30,282 bases of DNA from Utricularia gibba (GCA_002189035.1 NEEC01000110.1:1-30282), one strand, 5' to 3'. Positions 1 to 11,877 are shown, numbered from the stretch's first letter. A program made the numbers and translations. The notes: a model not told the origin generated them from the letters alone.

Positions 1-1065
1 CGAAAAATATTGATGTGGCACTTTCAAAATGAATAAATATTTTTAAAAATAAGTTGTTTCTTATTTCTTTAGAAAACGTAAATACGGAAACTCAGTAAAA
101 AAAACTTTCGTAAATGGTTTTAAAATATAGTTTATAATATTTATTTTAATATTATTTGAACATTAAAATTTCTGAAAATAAATATAAATGTAAAGTAAAT
201 TTTATAAAGTAAACTTAATAAATCAATTTTCAAAAATATCATGTCATTGTTTTTGGAAATTGGTAAATATGCTCTAACAAAAAACGTAAAAGTAAAGATT
301 GATTACCGAAAATGAAACTTCACAAGAACAATCGTTAAATAATACTAATGGGATGGTTTTTTATATTATTTATTTGATAGGTGTAAAAGTCGCGCAAACG
401 CATGAAACTGGTGAGGGATCGTTCTGGCGTAAGTTTCAGATTTTCTTCGGGTTTATTTAATGGGAATGGAAAATAAATATAACAAATAAGCAGCTCGATC
501 TGTTCTCGGACGAGTATAAGTGGATGCTCGTCGTTCCGCCTGCAGCCTCAGCTCCCCTTTTTCTCCGGCAACCGGAGACAAATTGGGATCCGGACGCCGT
601 TGCTCGTACTCGTAACATCTGAATCTGCGGAGAGTTGATTTGCATTAAGGTGTGCTTTTTGATCCGTTGTTGTTTTGGCGGGGTTATTTTGTGATCCGAG
701 TACTAGGTCAACTGGGAATAATGTCACTCCGCGTTGGAATGATTATTCGGTCGCCTGATCTGGCAATTGAGATTTCATTCAACAGGCGTGCTGGTTGCGT
801 TGGTGGGAATAGCTTGTAGGTTGGTTGCGTGCGGGTACCTGGTTTTTTTCTATGGGATCTGTGTTTGGTAGTGTGATTGGCGTGAGTTCGAGGGGTTTGC
901 GTCTGTAAAGGTGGGGTTTTTTTCGCACGGAATGAGTATCTGAATATCGTAAATGTTTTGAAGCCTGATTGATTGGGGGAAGTTAGTTTTTTTATGCCTT
1001 TGCTCATCTTGCATTGTAGGTCGACCGTCTAAAGCCCTAAACTTGCTGCGTATTTGACTGGGCTG

Positions 1066-4000
1066 ATGAAGAACGGGATGATAGAGTGCAGTGTCTGTCA
1101 TTCCATGCTCGTAGCGCCTTCTGCTAAGACTGTTTCCCGAGCTTATGATCAGCATAGGAATAAAGCATCATCGAAACAAAGAGCTCTCAATTTCTTATTA
1201 GTGTTTGGTGATTGTGTCTTAGTTGGTTTGCAGGTGTAGTGTGTTGCGGAATTTATTTTATTGTCCATATTTTCTGCTAACAGAGCATTGTCCTCTGGTA
1301 TCCGTAACTTTTAATGCTTCAATCCCACTCTATGTCCTCGCAGCCAATTTTGGTTTTCATGTCCAAGGTGGATGGACGCTTCAAGTTTAGCCCTATTAGC
1401 GTCAACTTTTTGACAGAGGTTGCAAAAGTTACCTTGCTATTGTAATGCTTATGCTCCAGGTGAGTTTGTTCTTTAAGTCTTTTTAAATTATCTCTATTTT
1501 TCTTTTAATCTTTTTGCGAGATTCCGGGGACACACTAACGAAGATTAAATTTTTGCTTAAAAAAGCTACAACAGTGAAAGATATGGTTCTTGAGATACTA
1601 AGGATTTTAAAGCAAAAACTTGGGTTATCTAACAGCTAGTGATGATCATTTTCCTTGTGTTCTGAATCGTCAATAGGGAGTGAAATGTTGGTCACTGGAT
1701 TGACGCATTTTTTTGCAGGCTAGGCGGCAGAAAGTTGGTGAAAAGCCTATTCTGTCTTTTTCTACATTTATTCAGGTGCGTCTTCAGATCATCCAGCATG
1801 CAAAGATTTTCATGAGTAATTGTAATATACCTGTCCAAATTCTTAGTGATAGAAATTGTATAGTGCCATTATTGATTTATTCTCGGGAAAAGAAGTTTCT
1901 GTTTCTGTTCTGTTATTTCTAACTTTAGTTTTTAGAGTTGCTTTAGTTTTTAGAGTTGTTTTAAAGCCTGGGTTGCTGCTTGAGAGAGTACTTGAGACTG
2001 GCATCATGTTTTTGGATACAATGGCTGCTCTATGGGAAATTTAAATAACGGTGTTTGGTTTTTATTTTAAGCAGGCTGCTCGAAACAATGTGCTTCTTGC
2101 GGTTCCAGCCCTTCTATATGCTGTTAATAATTACTTAAAATTCATTATGCAGGTATACTTTTGTCTTTCCCTCATTTCTCATCCCCCTTTCAGCTATGCG
2201 TTCATGCTAAATCATTACTGAACTCCATTTACCGCAATACTGAAGATATTTCTTTCTTACAACGCCTTTTTATTCATTCCAGTTGTATTTCAATCCTGCA
2301 ACTGTGAAAATGTTGAGCAACCTTAAGGTACGTTGCTCCATTTTATTTTGTTGTATTTTCTTTCATCTACTGATTTTGAGATCTTTTTTCTTCTATTAAC
2401 ATTTTTCGTCATCGTACAGGTTTTGGTCATTGCTGTACTTCTGAAGGTCATAATGAAAAGGAGATTTTCAGTAATTCAGGTGAGGTTCAATTTCTTTAAT
2501 ATACCAAACTGGAAATGAAGAATGAAATAAATGAAACTTAAAAAGATTCTTGAGGAATTGGAAAATAACAACCTGCCATCATTAAGTGGTTTTGCAATGA
2601 AACGGTTTTGATGATTATGTTTTCAACAGTGGGAGGCTCTTGCTTTGTTGCTGATCGGCATTACAATAAATCAACTTAAATCTTCCCCAGAGGGTACCAG
2701 TGCTTTGGGTCTTCCTCCTTCAACCGGTGCATATGTATACACATTGATCTTCGTAAGTGAGAGCCAAGTCACTTTTCATTTTATCTGTTCTTTTGTTCAA
2801 GTTTTACTGTTCATTCCCTTTTGAGTGGTGCTCTTATCTTTATCAAACAATGTAGGTGACTGTTCCCTCTATGGCTTCTGTATTCAATGAATATGCACTG
2901 AAAAGCCAATATGACACCAGCATTTATCTTCAGGTGATTCGGTGTTGTCAAATATTACTTTTTTTTTGCCGTCACTTTACACAAGTTTTTGCACTGCTCT
3001 GACGATTGAAGTTCCATGTTCTCGTATGATTTTTGCAGAACTTATTCTTATATGGTTATGGCGCCATATTCAACTTCCTTGGAATTCTAGTTACTGCCAT
3101 AATTCAAGGTATTCAAGTAGTTTAGTCTAAGCTCCCTTTTATTATTCTGTTGCCCAGACGCTTGCTGGAATATGTGCTTGTGGTTTGTGCTTGAGGATGT
3201 ATGAATTGCTGTTTCAGGTCCGAGTAGTTTCAATATATTGGAAGGACATTCAAAGGCTACAATGCTTTTGATTTGCAATAATGCTGCCCAGGGGATCCTG
3301 TCTTCCTTCTTCTTCAAATATGCAGGTGACAGCATCTCATTCGGAGTTGTGAGCTGGCTGCGTAGTTTATCTGTTACTACTTTTTCAATTGAATACCTGC
3401 TTCAAGATTTTCTACTGATGACAGATACAATTTTGAAGAAGTACTCATCGACCGTTGCCACAATCTTTACTGGAATTGCCTCGGCCGCATTATTTGGTCA
3501 CACTTTGACCATTAACTTTATTTTAGGGATCACAGTAGTATTTATTTCAATGCATCAGGTACCCCTATCGTGACATGTGTGTATGTGTCTGATACATTTT
3601 TGTATAGTATGCTGATATCTGTTATTTCTTGATCCATTTTTAGTTCTTTTCTCCTCTTTCCAAAGTTAAGGATGACAATCAAAATGCAGTTTTTGACAAA
3701 AGTTCAAAGGATGACCGCAGGTAATTCTTTTCCATCAATAATTGATGCAATAATCATCTGTCCTACTGTTATTTATTGCTTTTGATTTACGGTAAATTCT
3801 CTTTTAATGATCTCTCATTTAAATTTTAAGCCTGCTTCTCAAATTTAGTCTGTGTGCTCGTTTTTTCTATTGCTCGGTAGATATTTCAAGATCACATTTC
3901 CTTTATGCAATTTAAGTAGTACACTTTTTTGCATAATCAATTGCTAATACACCGCTTATGCTCCTTTACAACCTCCTAGGTTACGGGAATCATCCTTCAT

Positions 4001-4150
4001 AAATATTGCTGCTGGAGCAAATGAGGATGTAAGATCTATCATATTCATTATACAATGTGACAGCTGCCTTATTTTAACTCTCGTTTTTTGCTTTTTATAG
4101 GCGAATCACCACGTGGTTCTGATGAAGGGAAACCTCTTCTTCCCACCTGA
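1066..4150 (+). CDS. UTR6: CMP-sialic acid transporter-like / nucleotide-sugar transporter (CSTLP/UTR6 family), 14 exons, with two apparent -1 frameshifts
   Basis: Exons, all GT-AG: 1066-1233, 1344-1459, 1719-1775, 2075-2152, 2283-2327, 2420-2479, 2630-2752, 2856-2933, 3039-3108, 3218-3325, 3425-3558, 3644-3720, 3980-4028, 4101-4150. The translation ([13 protein letters not shown]...[15 protein letters not shown]...[24 protein letters not shown]...[22 protein letters not shown]...[12 protein letters not shown]...PLLPT*) matches Arabidopsis At3g59360/At2g43240 as I recall them. As written, exon 2 and the last exon are each 1 nt short. Family call is secure; functional status is not. Confidence 0.9.
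1923..1958. repeat. Perfect 18-bp tandem duplication in transporter intron 3
   Basis: CTTTAGTTTTTAGAGTTG at 1923-1940 and 1941-1958. Confidence 0.9.
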
Positions 4151-4335
4151 AGCTCAGTGTAGGTTTTCTAATTCCCCAAGTCCCTTGAATTCACACATGC
4201 ATGCCCCGCAACCCTCCACCCTCACTTTTCATCCACTGCTGTTGAGTGATGCACTTGTTTATAATGTTTTCTCTCCTGGAACTCGTGGATCATTCTTCTA
4301 TTCTCCGTCAAATTCCATTACAGGTAAACAACAAC

Positions 4336-4377
4336 ATATATATATAGAGCGAGAGAGAGGGAGCAGCAGCAGCAGCA
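4336..4377. repeat. Compound microsatellite (AT)5 / imperfect (GA)n / (GCA)5 downstream of the transporter's conserved stop
   Basis: ATATATATATA GAGCGAGAGAGAGGGA GCAGCAGCAGCAGCA read directly. Confidence 0.85.
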
Positions 4378-5101
4378 CTGTCTATTAGGAACAATAAAAT
4401 TGCCATCAAGATATCTAAAAACCTGAACCACAAATTACAGTAAGTACCTCTTTTTTTATTTGTTTTCCAGCCATATGAAAGAAGCATTGATTTTATTCTT
4501 GGAGATGGGGGAGTTGGAAATGGGAATGCATTTTTTTTGGCTGAGTAGCTATTTGTATATTGAAGACATTCAGACTGACAGTGGCTATATTTCCGAGTTA
4601 CCCCGGGATTCTCTCTGTAGCCATCGCACATTTGAACTCTCTGGTCACCATGCACTGTCTTATATTACGTGTGATCATGATTCCTGTTATATACATGCAT
4701 TTGGTTGCACTCAATGTGGCCACGTCGCTATGTTCTTAATGGCACTTGAATAGACAGACTGTGGCGGCTCGTTATGGCTGTTTCAAAGACTAGGCTTTTC
4801 GATGCCTCAGAGAGGCATTCCAGTTTCGGCAGCATTGTCGACTGGTGTGCCACGGCTAGTTGCCCTTTCTGGTTCTGATGGGCTATTTACCAACAAAATA
4901 ATTTACATCTGTAAATTTAAAAATAGTAGGAAAAAGGGTATAAAAGATCATCGTTTTACGCCACCCTTGTCGGTGACTGGTCTGGTGATCGGGCTGTTTG
5001 GGGATTCTTGAAAATTGAACCCCCTTCCGCGCTATTTTGATATACAATTCGTCGCGCTGCTCGAGGGCTCTCGTTGGGATGACGAGATTCGACTTGTCGG
5101 G

Positions 5102-6633
5102 ATGGATTCTGGGGACGATATGCACGATGCTAACGAAGTGGCGGCGAAGACAATGATAGCATGTGTGGGGCAGATGAAGCTAGGGATGATGATGATGATT
5201 GCGGGTCTGGTGGATTTTCTGACGAGGATGAAGAAGTTATTGGGGGGACTATGACTTCATCTCGAATAATTCTGATGATGGAGGTGATGTCTCCGGTCGG
5301 TCGCAGGTAGGATATGGTCCTTGGGCTGATTAATTTGATTTCTTGAGGAGATTCTTGTTGCAGTTATTATTTTGTATCATAAACCTGATCATGTGTGTCC
5401 TTCAGAAGAACTACTCAATCTTGAGAGAAGAGGATATACGGCAGCGGCAAGAGGAGGATGTCTCTATAATTTTCACTTTACTTTCAATTCCAAGACCAGC
5501 AGCATGCATTCTGCTCAGACGATATAAATGGTAGTGCACTTCTTTTTTTGTTAAAGCTAGTAGTGAAGTGGTTTTTCCTCGTTTTTCTGTTGTGTGTATC
5601 TATTAATGCCTTGACTAGCCTATTTATGTGGTACATTTCTTCGTATCAACAACTTATAGTTTTATGCAGGAGTGTGAGTGATGTGCATGAAGAATGGTTT
5701 GCTGATGAAGGGGTTCGTAAAGCTGTTGGCTTGTTAGAGAAACTGACTTCAACTCCGTTTCATATTGAGGAAGTATGTCATATTTATGACATTGCTCTGG
5801 TGCTCTCTTCGTTCCCTTAGCATGCCTCGACTTCTTAGACTTAAGTTGTACTCCACTTTATAAGGTTCTGCACCATTTTTTGAGTGATAGACTTGGTACC
5901 ATATTCTTTATTTTGGGGAGAAAGAAACTGAATATGATCAATATTTTCTGTCCTGCAGCATCCTTTACTACTGCAATCAATGATGGCCCTGGTTCCTAGA
6001 TGTTGAGGTGTCCTCATCCAACCTTTGGATCAGCCGTTGGCCAGGATATGATCAATACTTCTTTGGCATCAGAAGAGGATAAGAGGAAATATAACCATTA
6101 TCTTCTTAGATCTTTTGTTGAAGACAGTCGGAAGGTAAAGATTTGTTTCCCTGGATTGTGCTTTATACATAATATTTTGCAAGTGCGTAGTAATGAGTCA
6201 TTCGCTTTTACTTTTTTGGTTCATGAAATGTGGTGTTAGTGATTAGTAATTTGTGAAAATTTGAAAGTAGATTCATCTATCAGTGAAATCCCAATTAAAA
6301 TTTATCGTGGAGAGCTTCTTGTGTGTTCTTGATGTGAAACTCGTTTCCATTCCATAATTATGTCATTGCGAGTAACTGGTTTCACTTGTTTTGCACCAGG
6401 GTAACACGCAACTACTTCGAGAACTTGGTGTGCGCTTGAAAATGGTCTATGGACGTAGATCAATCAGCAGGCAGCATCCATTAACACAGGCTCTAAAAAT
6501 GTAGCTGGGAGCAGCAAGACATCATTTCCAGCCGTGAGCCATCATACTGGGTGTCCAACAGGTGCGGCTACGTCAACTCCCACCTTCAACAACATGCGAT
6601 GTCTGCCACCACTTCCAGCCTGAGTCATCATGA
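5102..6633 (+). pseudogene. ARI8: ARIADNE-type RBR E3 ubiquitin ligase pseudogene (ARI7/ARI8 clade)
   Basis: Exon remnants: 5102-5306 (MDSGDDMHDAN plus acidic tract, two frame breaks), 5406-5530 (KNYSILREEDIRQRQEED), 5670-5772 (VHEEWFADEGVRKAVGLLEK), 5959-6134 (TAINDGPGS*MLRCPHPTFGSAVGQDMIN, in-frame TAG at 5997-5999), and 6400-6633 (VTRNYFENLV-ALENGL-DVD, then a degenerate RanBP2-like finger W.S.RCGYVN...CDVCH). The first RING1 exon and the IBR, RING2 and most Ariadne-domain exons are absent. Confidence 0.9.
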
Positions 6634-7267
6634 GTTGGTACGTGTCTAACGCGTGTTACGTTGTCTGCACTTCACTTTCATAAGAACTAACATGGGTTTG
6701 ATTTGGCTGAGTGAACCACAGGAATAGAAATGCGCCCAAGATCACATACTGAATCATGTATCCATCTCCCTTTGGAGAACGAGTCGAGGCTTCAGGTGAA
6801 TGCATTTTCTGCACCAACGAGCCATGCTGGCCACGATATCCAATTGCAGGATTGCAAAATCCAATTGGTCGCAATCGAGAACGGGTTTCCATCTCCTGGC
6901 CGCCGGCCGGAAAAGAAAGGTTACACAATTGCCGAAAACCGCCGAGAGAGATTTTCAGAAATGGACGATCTCTGGGCCCCAAACGTCGACATCAAATTCC
7001 AAGCCATTGATACACGGTAATCTCTAAACCGCATGAATATGTTAAACGGTGACATGAAAAGAGAAATACATAACTGAGTCGAAATGCATCAACTAACCAT
7101 TGACATATAACACACTCGTTTTATTTCCCAATGAACTTCAAACCACAGCTTCATCTGCCCTTGTGGGATCTTTATTCGCCTTGCACCTAACCTGGAAGCA
7201 GCGACTACAGAAGAATCCTAACCTTGCAGGAACGAAGATCCACATGCTACACAACTTCATGTCTTGG

Positions 7268-10200
7268 TCAACGTTCGTTTCCTGGAGTCCAGTTGCTGGC
7301 TCCGGATGTTCCCAGGTCACAGACTATGATTTTTAGGTGGCGAGCTCCTTGGAAGTTCAGTACTTCGAGGCATTCACGCATATCGGAGTGGTTCACCAGA
7401 AGGATCCATTCATGTTCCTCATCTAGATACTTGAGTTGGAACTGCCCCATCTGCAGTTGGAACCTCTTGGCTATCATTCCGTAGAGATGGTCACAACCCA
7501 GGTCTGGATCAAACTTGAATCTGACGGTGTCTTCTTTGTAAGAAGATTTTATTGTGATTCTGGATCCATGATCACCGGCCCCGGTTCTCTGATGGCCCCT
7601 TTGAAAATTTCTGGAGCTGGAGCTGCTGCCATCGAGAATTGTGGCTGATCCATTCCACGAGCCTGAGGACACTTGTTGCTGATCCCCTTCCCCTTCATCT
7701 TCTGACTTAGCATGTAAGTGTTCATCAACCAATACAGAGTTCAAGTTTTGTGAAATAAGAGGTGGCAGCGCAGGAGGATTGGGGTTGCTACTGCTATTGT
7801 TCTGTGCCCAACCATTTGATGCTTCTACGGATGTAGAAACATGTGGAACTGCTGAAGGCATCCATTGCACGGGGCTCGGCTTAGGAATCCATGAGTGATT
7901 CGCACCCATGACATGAGCTCCTACGCATTCGCCAGTACTTTGAAGGCAAGTTTCTCCCTCTCTGACAACAGTGTTTTCAACGTCCAAATTTGCTGGTATA
8001 CTTGCAGATTTTCCATCCTCAAACATGGAATCAGATTCTCCCATCAAAGAAGCACCGTTTGATAGCATGGCACTCATTCCAGAGTTGGAGCCTTGGACCA
8101 AGGAGGCTGTGCTGAGAATGCCCATTGACGAGTTCAACTTCAGTCCTCCCTGGACATGAACAGAATCAAGCACACCTTGCAGTTTTCTCAAGGAACGGTT
8201 AACTTTATTTATTTTTCGAGAAGGCCATCTAGCAATGCCATATTCCCTACATATCCGTTTCAGGGTCGTTGGACACACTGCAAAGACAAGACATTGTTAT
8301 CATTGCTAAAAGAACAGTTTCAGAAACTTTGTTGTATGTGCTATGTGACTGGTTTGCATACCTCCGATGCTCTTTGCGGCATCCTTGAGACTGCCAGAGA
8401 AATATTGTTGAAGAACACTTAAGCTCACATGCTTATCAGCAGTGCTTCGCTTCTTTCCCATCTGTTTCACAGGTCCAGTTCCCTACAGTAGCGAGTTCAT
8501 AGCTCCCCCTTTATGTTCTAAATCAATATGAGCATTCACATTAAAGAGAACATATCACATGAAGATCTAATACCTGACGACTTGGACGAGCTTCCTGTAC
8601 CCCCAAGGTTGGCAATCCTGATGAACAATGGCGATGATTCATTTTCCCACTAACAACCATGTGGCTGGAATTACCTCCCAATGTGATGCCCTCATGATCC
8701 ACAGGAGATTGAACCATGGAGATGCTACTTTGGAGGAGCTCTGTATCAGATACTGTTCTCAAAGTGGTGCATATTCTTTGCATGGTGGTTGAAAGGTTAT
8801 TCAGCAGAAGCTGTTGTTCGGCACCATCAGTAACTGTGACTGGAAGAAAGAACTCCAGTATATAATCATCATCTTCGGTGTGAGTACTTCTTAGCCGAAT
8901 TGCCACTGCAGCATTTAGACCAAATTTCCGGGCATGGTGGACAAGTGGATACTCACTTATATGGTATTCTTTCACATCAGGGTAGAAGAAGGGATGTGCT
9001 GATTTAAGGGCCTTCCCAACGACACCCTTTCCTTCCTCTAGATAATGCCCCAGACAAGTTTGCAAGAAGCCCTTCATATTCTTGTCATTCACATAGCTGG
9101 CAGTATCCTCGACACACAGTACATGTTTCCCACTTGAGCCATTGTGGGATCCTCTAGGCTGTATCTTTATAATTTCATTACCTGGTTCCTCTGTGCAGAT
9201 ACAAGGCATCCAAGTTAGAGCAAGAGGAAGTCGATGCACGTGACAAACGGTACGTAGTACATCTGCAATGTCTGATAAGGCAGCTCTCTGGCCCTTGGAC
9301 AGATTCTGTAAGAACAGGTCTATGCAGGTTAGGTTGAAAGCAAGAGTACATGAGATTACAAAAGGAACCGAAAATTCCAAGACAAATAATCTGACCGAGT
9401 GCTTGCAACCTGTAAATAAAGTCTTGGTGGCAGAATGCTCCTCAAATTCACAGACTGCAAATATGCTCAGGTTTGAGTTGAATCATGCGATATTTGTGCT
9501 AAAACTGTAGAACTGAAGGTCTGACCTGAAGGGCATGACAAAGAGTTTCAATCTCAGGGTCGAAGTTTGACTTTTCCTTCCTGGTAACAAGTTCTAGCAC
9601 TGCACAACACGAAGTGTCAGCTGAATCAACCTCCAAAATAGGTAAAGCAATAGATCCCCTGACTTCATAGGCAGCAGCATATTGAACACGTAAGTACTCA
9701 GCCTTATTGTAATACAATACATTTGATGTCCACTCTGGAATCTTTGACAAGAATACACGCCCAGGAAGTCCTGGGAAAGACCCTGGTTTAGATTCTGCAG
9801 AAAAAGTAAACGATCGAGATATCTCACGGTACTCGAAAAATGTTTGATCAAGTAAATAAGGCTGTTCGCAAGTGCTCAATATATACTGGTCCCCCTTCTT
9901 CAGAGGAAGCCACACTTGTGCCAAGACGCCCCCACCAGACTCTTCATTGAAAAGATGCAATGCCGCAAGCAGCTTTTCAGCTAATGATCGCTTGAGAGGC
10001 CTTGAGATGAAGGTTTTGCCCATATAATCAGGTACATTACAATGACTTGATCTAAAATTCTCAACGAATTCAAATTCATTATTGGCAGACTCTGTAGCAA
10101 GCGGTAAATGGCTGTCTGTATCATGCAACACCAATTTCTCTCCACAGTGGAGCGTAGCTCCCAAGACATCACCATTATCTGTGGTAATTCCTGAAGCCCC

Positions 10201-10443
10201 AAAGCTTGGAGAAAAGCTCATTGACACTGCATCGAGAGGGGACATCATGAAAAACGGGGAGGAAAAGTCACTCATGTCGACAGAACCGCTGCAAAACCCA
10301 GCATTTGTATCAAGGTTCATCAACTCCGCAGTACTAGAAAATGTATCATGAAGATAAGAAGAGCCCATCACAACTGCATGTTTGGACCCTCCATCTATCT
10401 CAGTTAACTGGTCATTCATCCTTTCTTTACCTGGATATTCCAT
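7268..10443 (-). CDS. NLP8: NIN-like protein (NLP8/NLP9 clade), RWP-RK + PB1 transcription factor, 941 aa, 5 coding exons
   Basis: Exons 10443-9526, 9454-9410, 9305-8574, 8482-8362, 8277-7268 sum to 2826 nt (942 codons) with GT-AG sites and no breaks. Contains GAF-region motifs GLPGRVF..K.PEWTSNV and [12 protein letters not shown]...YILEFFLP, the RWP-RK motif [35 protein letters not shown], and a PB1 domain [10 protein letters not shown]...[11 protein letters not shown] cannot separate NLP8 from NLP9 orthology by eye. Confidence 0.93.
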
Positions 10444-10507
10444 TTAACTAAACCACCAAACTGATCCCATTTACACTCACAAATCACCAACAAAAAACTT
10501 CACACAT
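10444..10507 (-). promoter_or_regulatory. Two upstream ORFs in the NLP 5' leader
   Basis: 10507-10484 encodes MCEVFCW*. 10470-10444 encodes MGSVWWFS*, and its TAA directly abuts the main ATG at 10443. Both lie downstream of a putative leader-intron acceptor (TTTACAG ending at 10558). Confidence 0.6.
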
Positions 10508-11877
10508 TTCTGCTCAAAATATTCAACAAGCTTCACTTCTCCAACCACTCGCTTCCCCTGTAAAGCAGAGATCAAGCCGAAATTCATCTCCATTCATACA
10601 TTTAGAAAGAAACAAAGAAAAAGCATTTTTTTCCCCACAGCACATAAGGGCGTCCACATACATCACTCAATTCACAACCATCAACAGCAAAAGCTCAAAA
10701 ATTACCACTAAACCTAATACAACCCCTCTTCTACTTCACACGAATCAACAGGCAGCTCAAGATCAAAAAATTAACCACAGCAGTTGACCAAAACCTCTGA
10801 ATTTCCCATTCCAGTCAGACAATCGACTCAACCAAGTTTCCAAAAAAGGCCAACAGACAATTTCCCAACTCCTGAAAAGCGGAAACTTGTGCGAAATACC
10901 AGAAACAACAAGAAAAACAGTGAATGGAATCCGAGAAAGCACTGAAGTTGACCGTCGAGCATCGGGATCTTGACATCTGTGCCGTGTTACGGAATCTAAT
11001 TTACAAAAATGGAAGCACGTTTTTTTGTGGTCGGAATTCGACGTAGTTTTTCAAATTTAATCAATACGGTAGTTGGCGAATAAAATAAGTAAAAAAGGAC
11101 AATTATTTGGCATTATTTGTAGTATTTGGATGGATGTAGGGTGACGTAATAATTCATTGGAAGTCCCAGTTTCAATAATCAAAAAATAGTCACATTATTT
11201 GATAGGAATGTTGGTCATATCAATGGTAAAGCATTTATATCTCTAAATATTTATCATTAAATATATATGTATCATTATTCAAATATTATATTTATTTATC
11301 ATGTATTTGAGAAATGAATATTTAAATAAAAATATATTTTAAATATTTATTAATTCATGATGTTATATATTACTATTTATCGAAGATGTAATTAAGATGT
11401 ATAATTTAACATAAAATAAATTTTTATATTTAATATGTGTAATTTTTATTTAATATAAATTAAAAGTACTTTTTATAATATGTTAAATAGAAAAAAAACA
11501 CCCAGCAAATAATTATGTTTAAAGAATATACCAACTTCTAATTAATTATTATATAAAATTATTTGATAAAACTAATTATTCTAATCATCTCTGAGTTTGC
11601 TCCAGTTTGAATGTGTGTGTGGTATTTCTGTGTGTCTCCAGGAAGGCTGGATTTTCTTGATTGCAGGTGAGAGTCTCCGTCTCTAGGTGTAAACATCTTG
11701 ATTCATGTGCATGTTATTGAAGCGGTGTCCGTGGTTACGGGGTTTCTCTTTCATGCGCCCAATATGTTCGATGAAATGCGTGACTCAATTTTATTGTTTT
11801 AGCTTCTTGGTGTGCTGCTTTTCGTTTCTGAATGCATTGGGGAGTCCCTTTTTAGTTGTTGCGTCTTCCAGATTGTG

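Noticed and set aside
4308-4753. ORFs of 97-115 aa downstream of the transporter
   Set aside because: No recognisable motifs, overlap with a microsatellite and UTR-like sequence, and no supporting splice structure.
6656-7027. Four overlapping ORFs of 75-108 aa on both strands
   Set aside because: None resembles a known protein or a missing ARI exon. They are most simply 3' flanking sequence of two convergent genes.
11812-11877. ORF-track N-terminal extension of the PPR protein
   Set aside because: It starts at a non-ATG codon and lies inside a putative leader intron ending TTCCAG at 11871.
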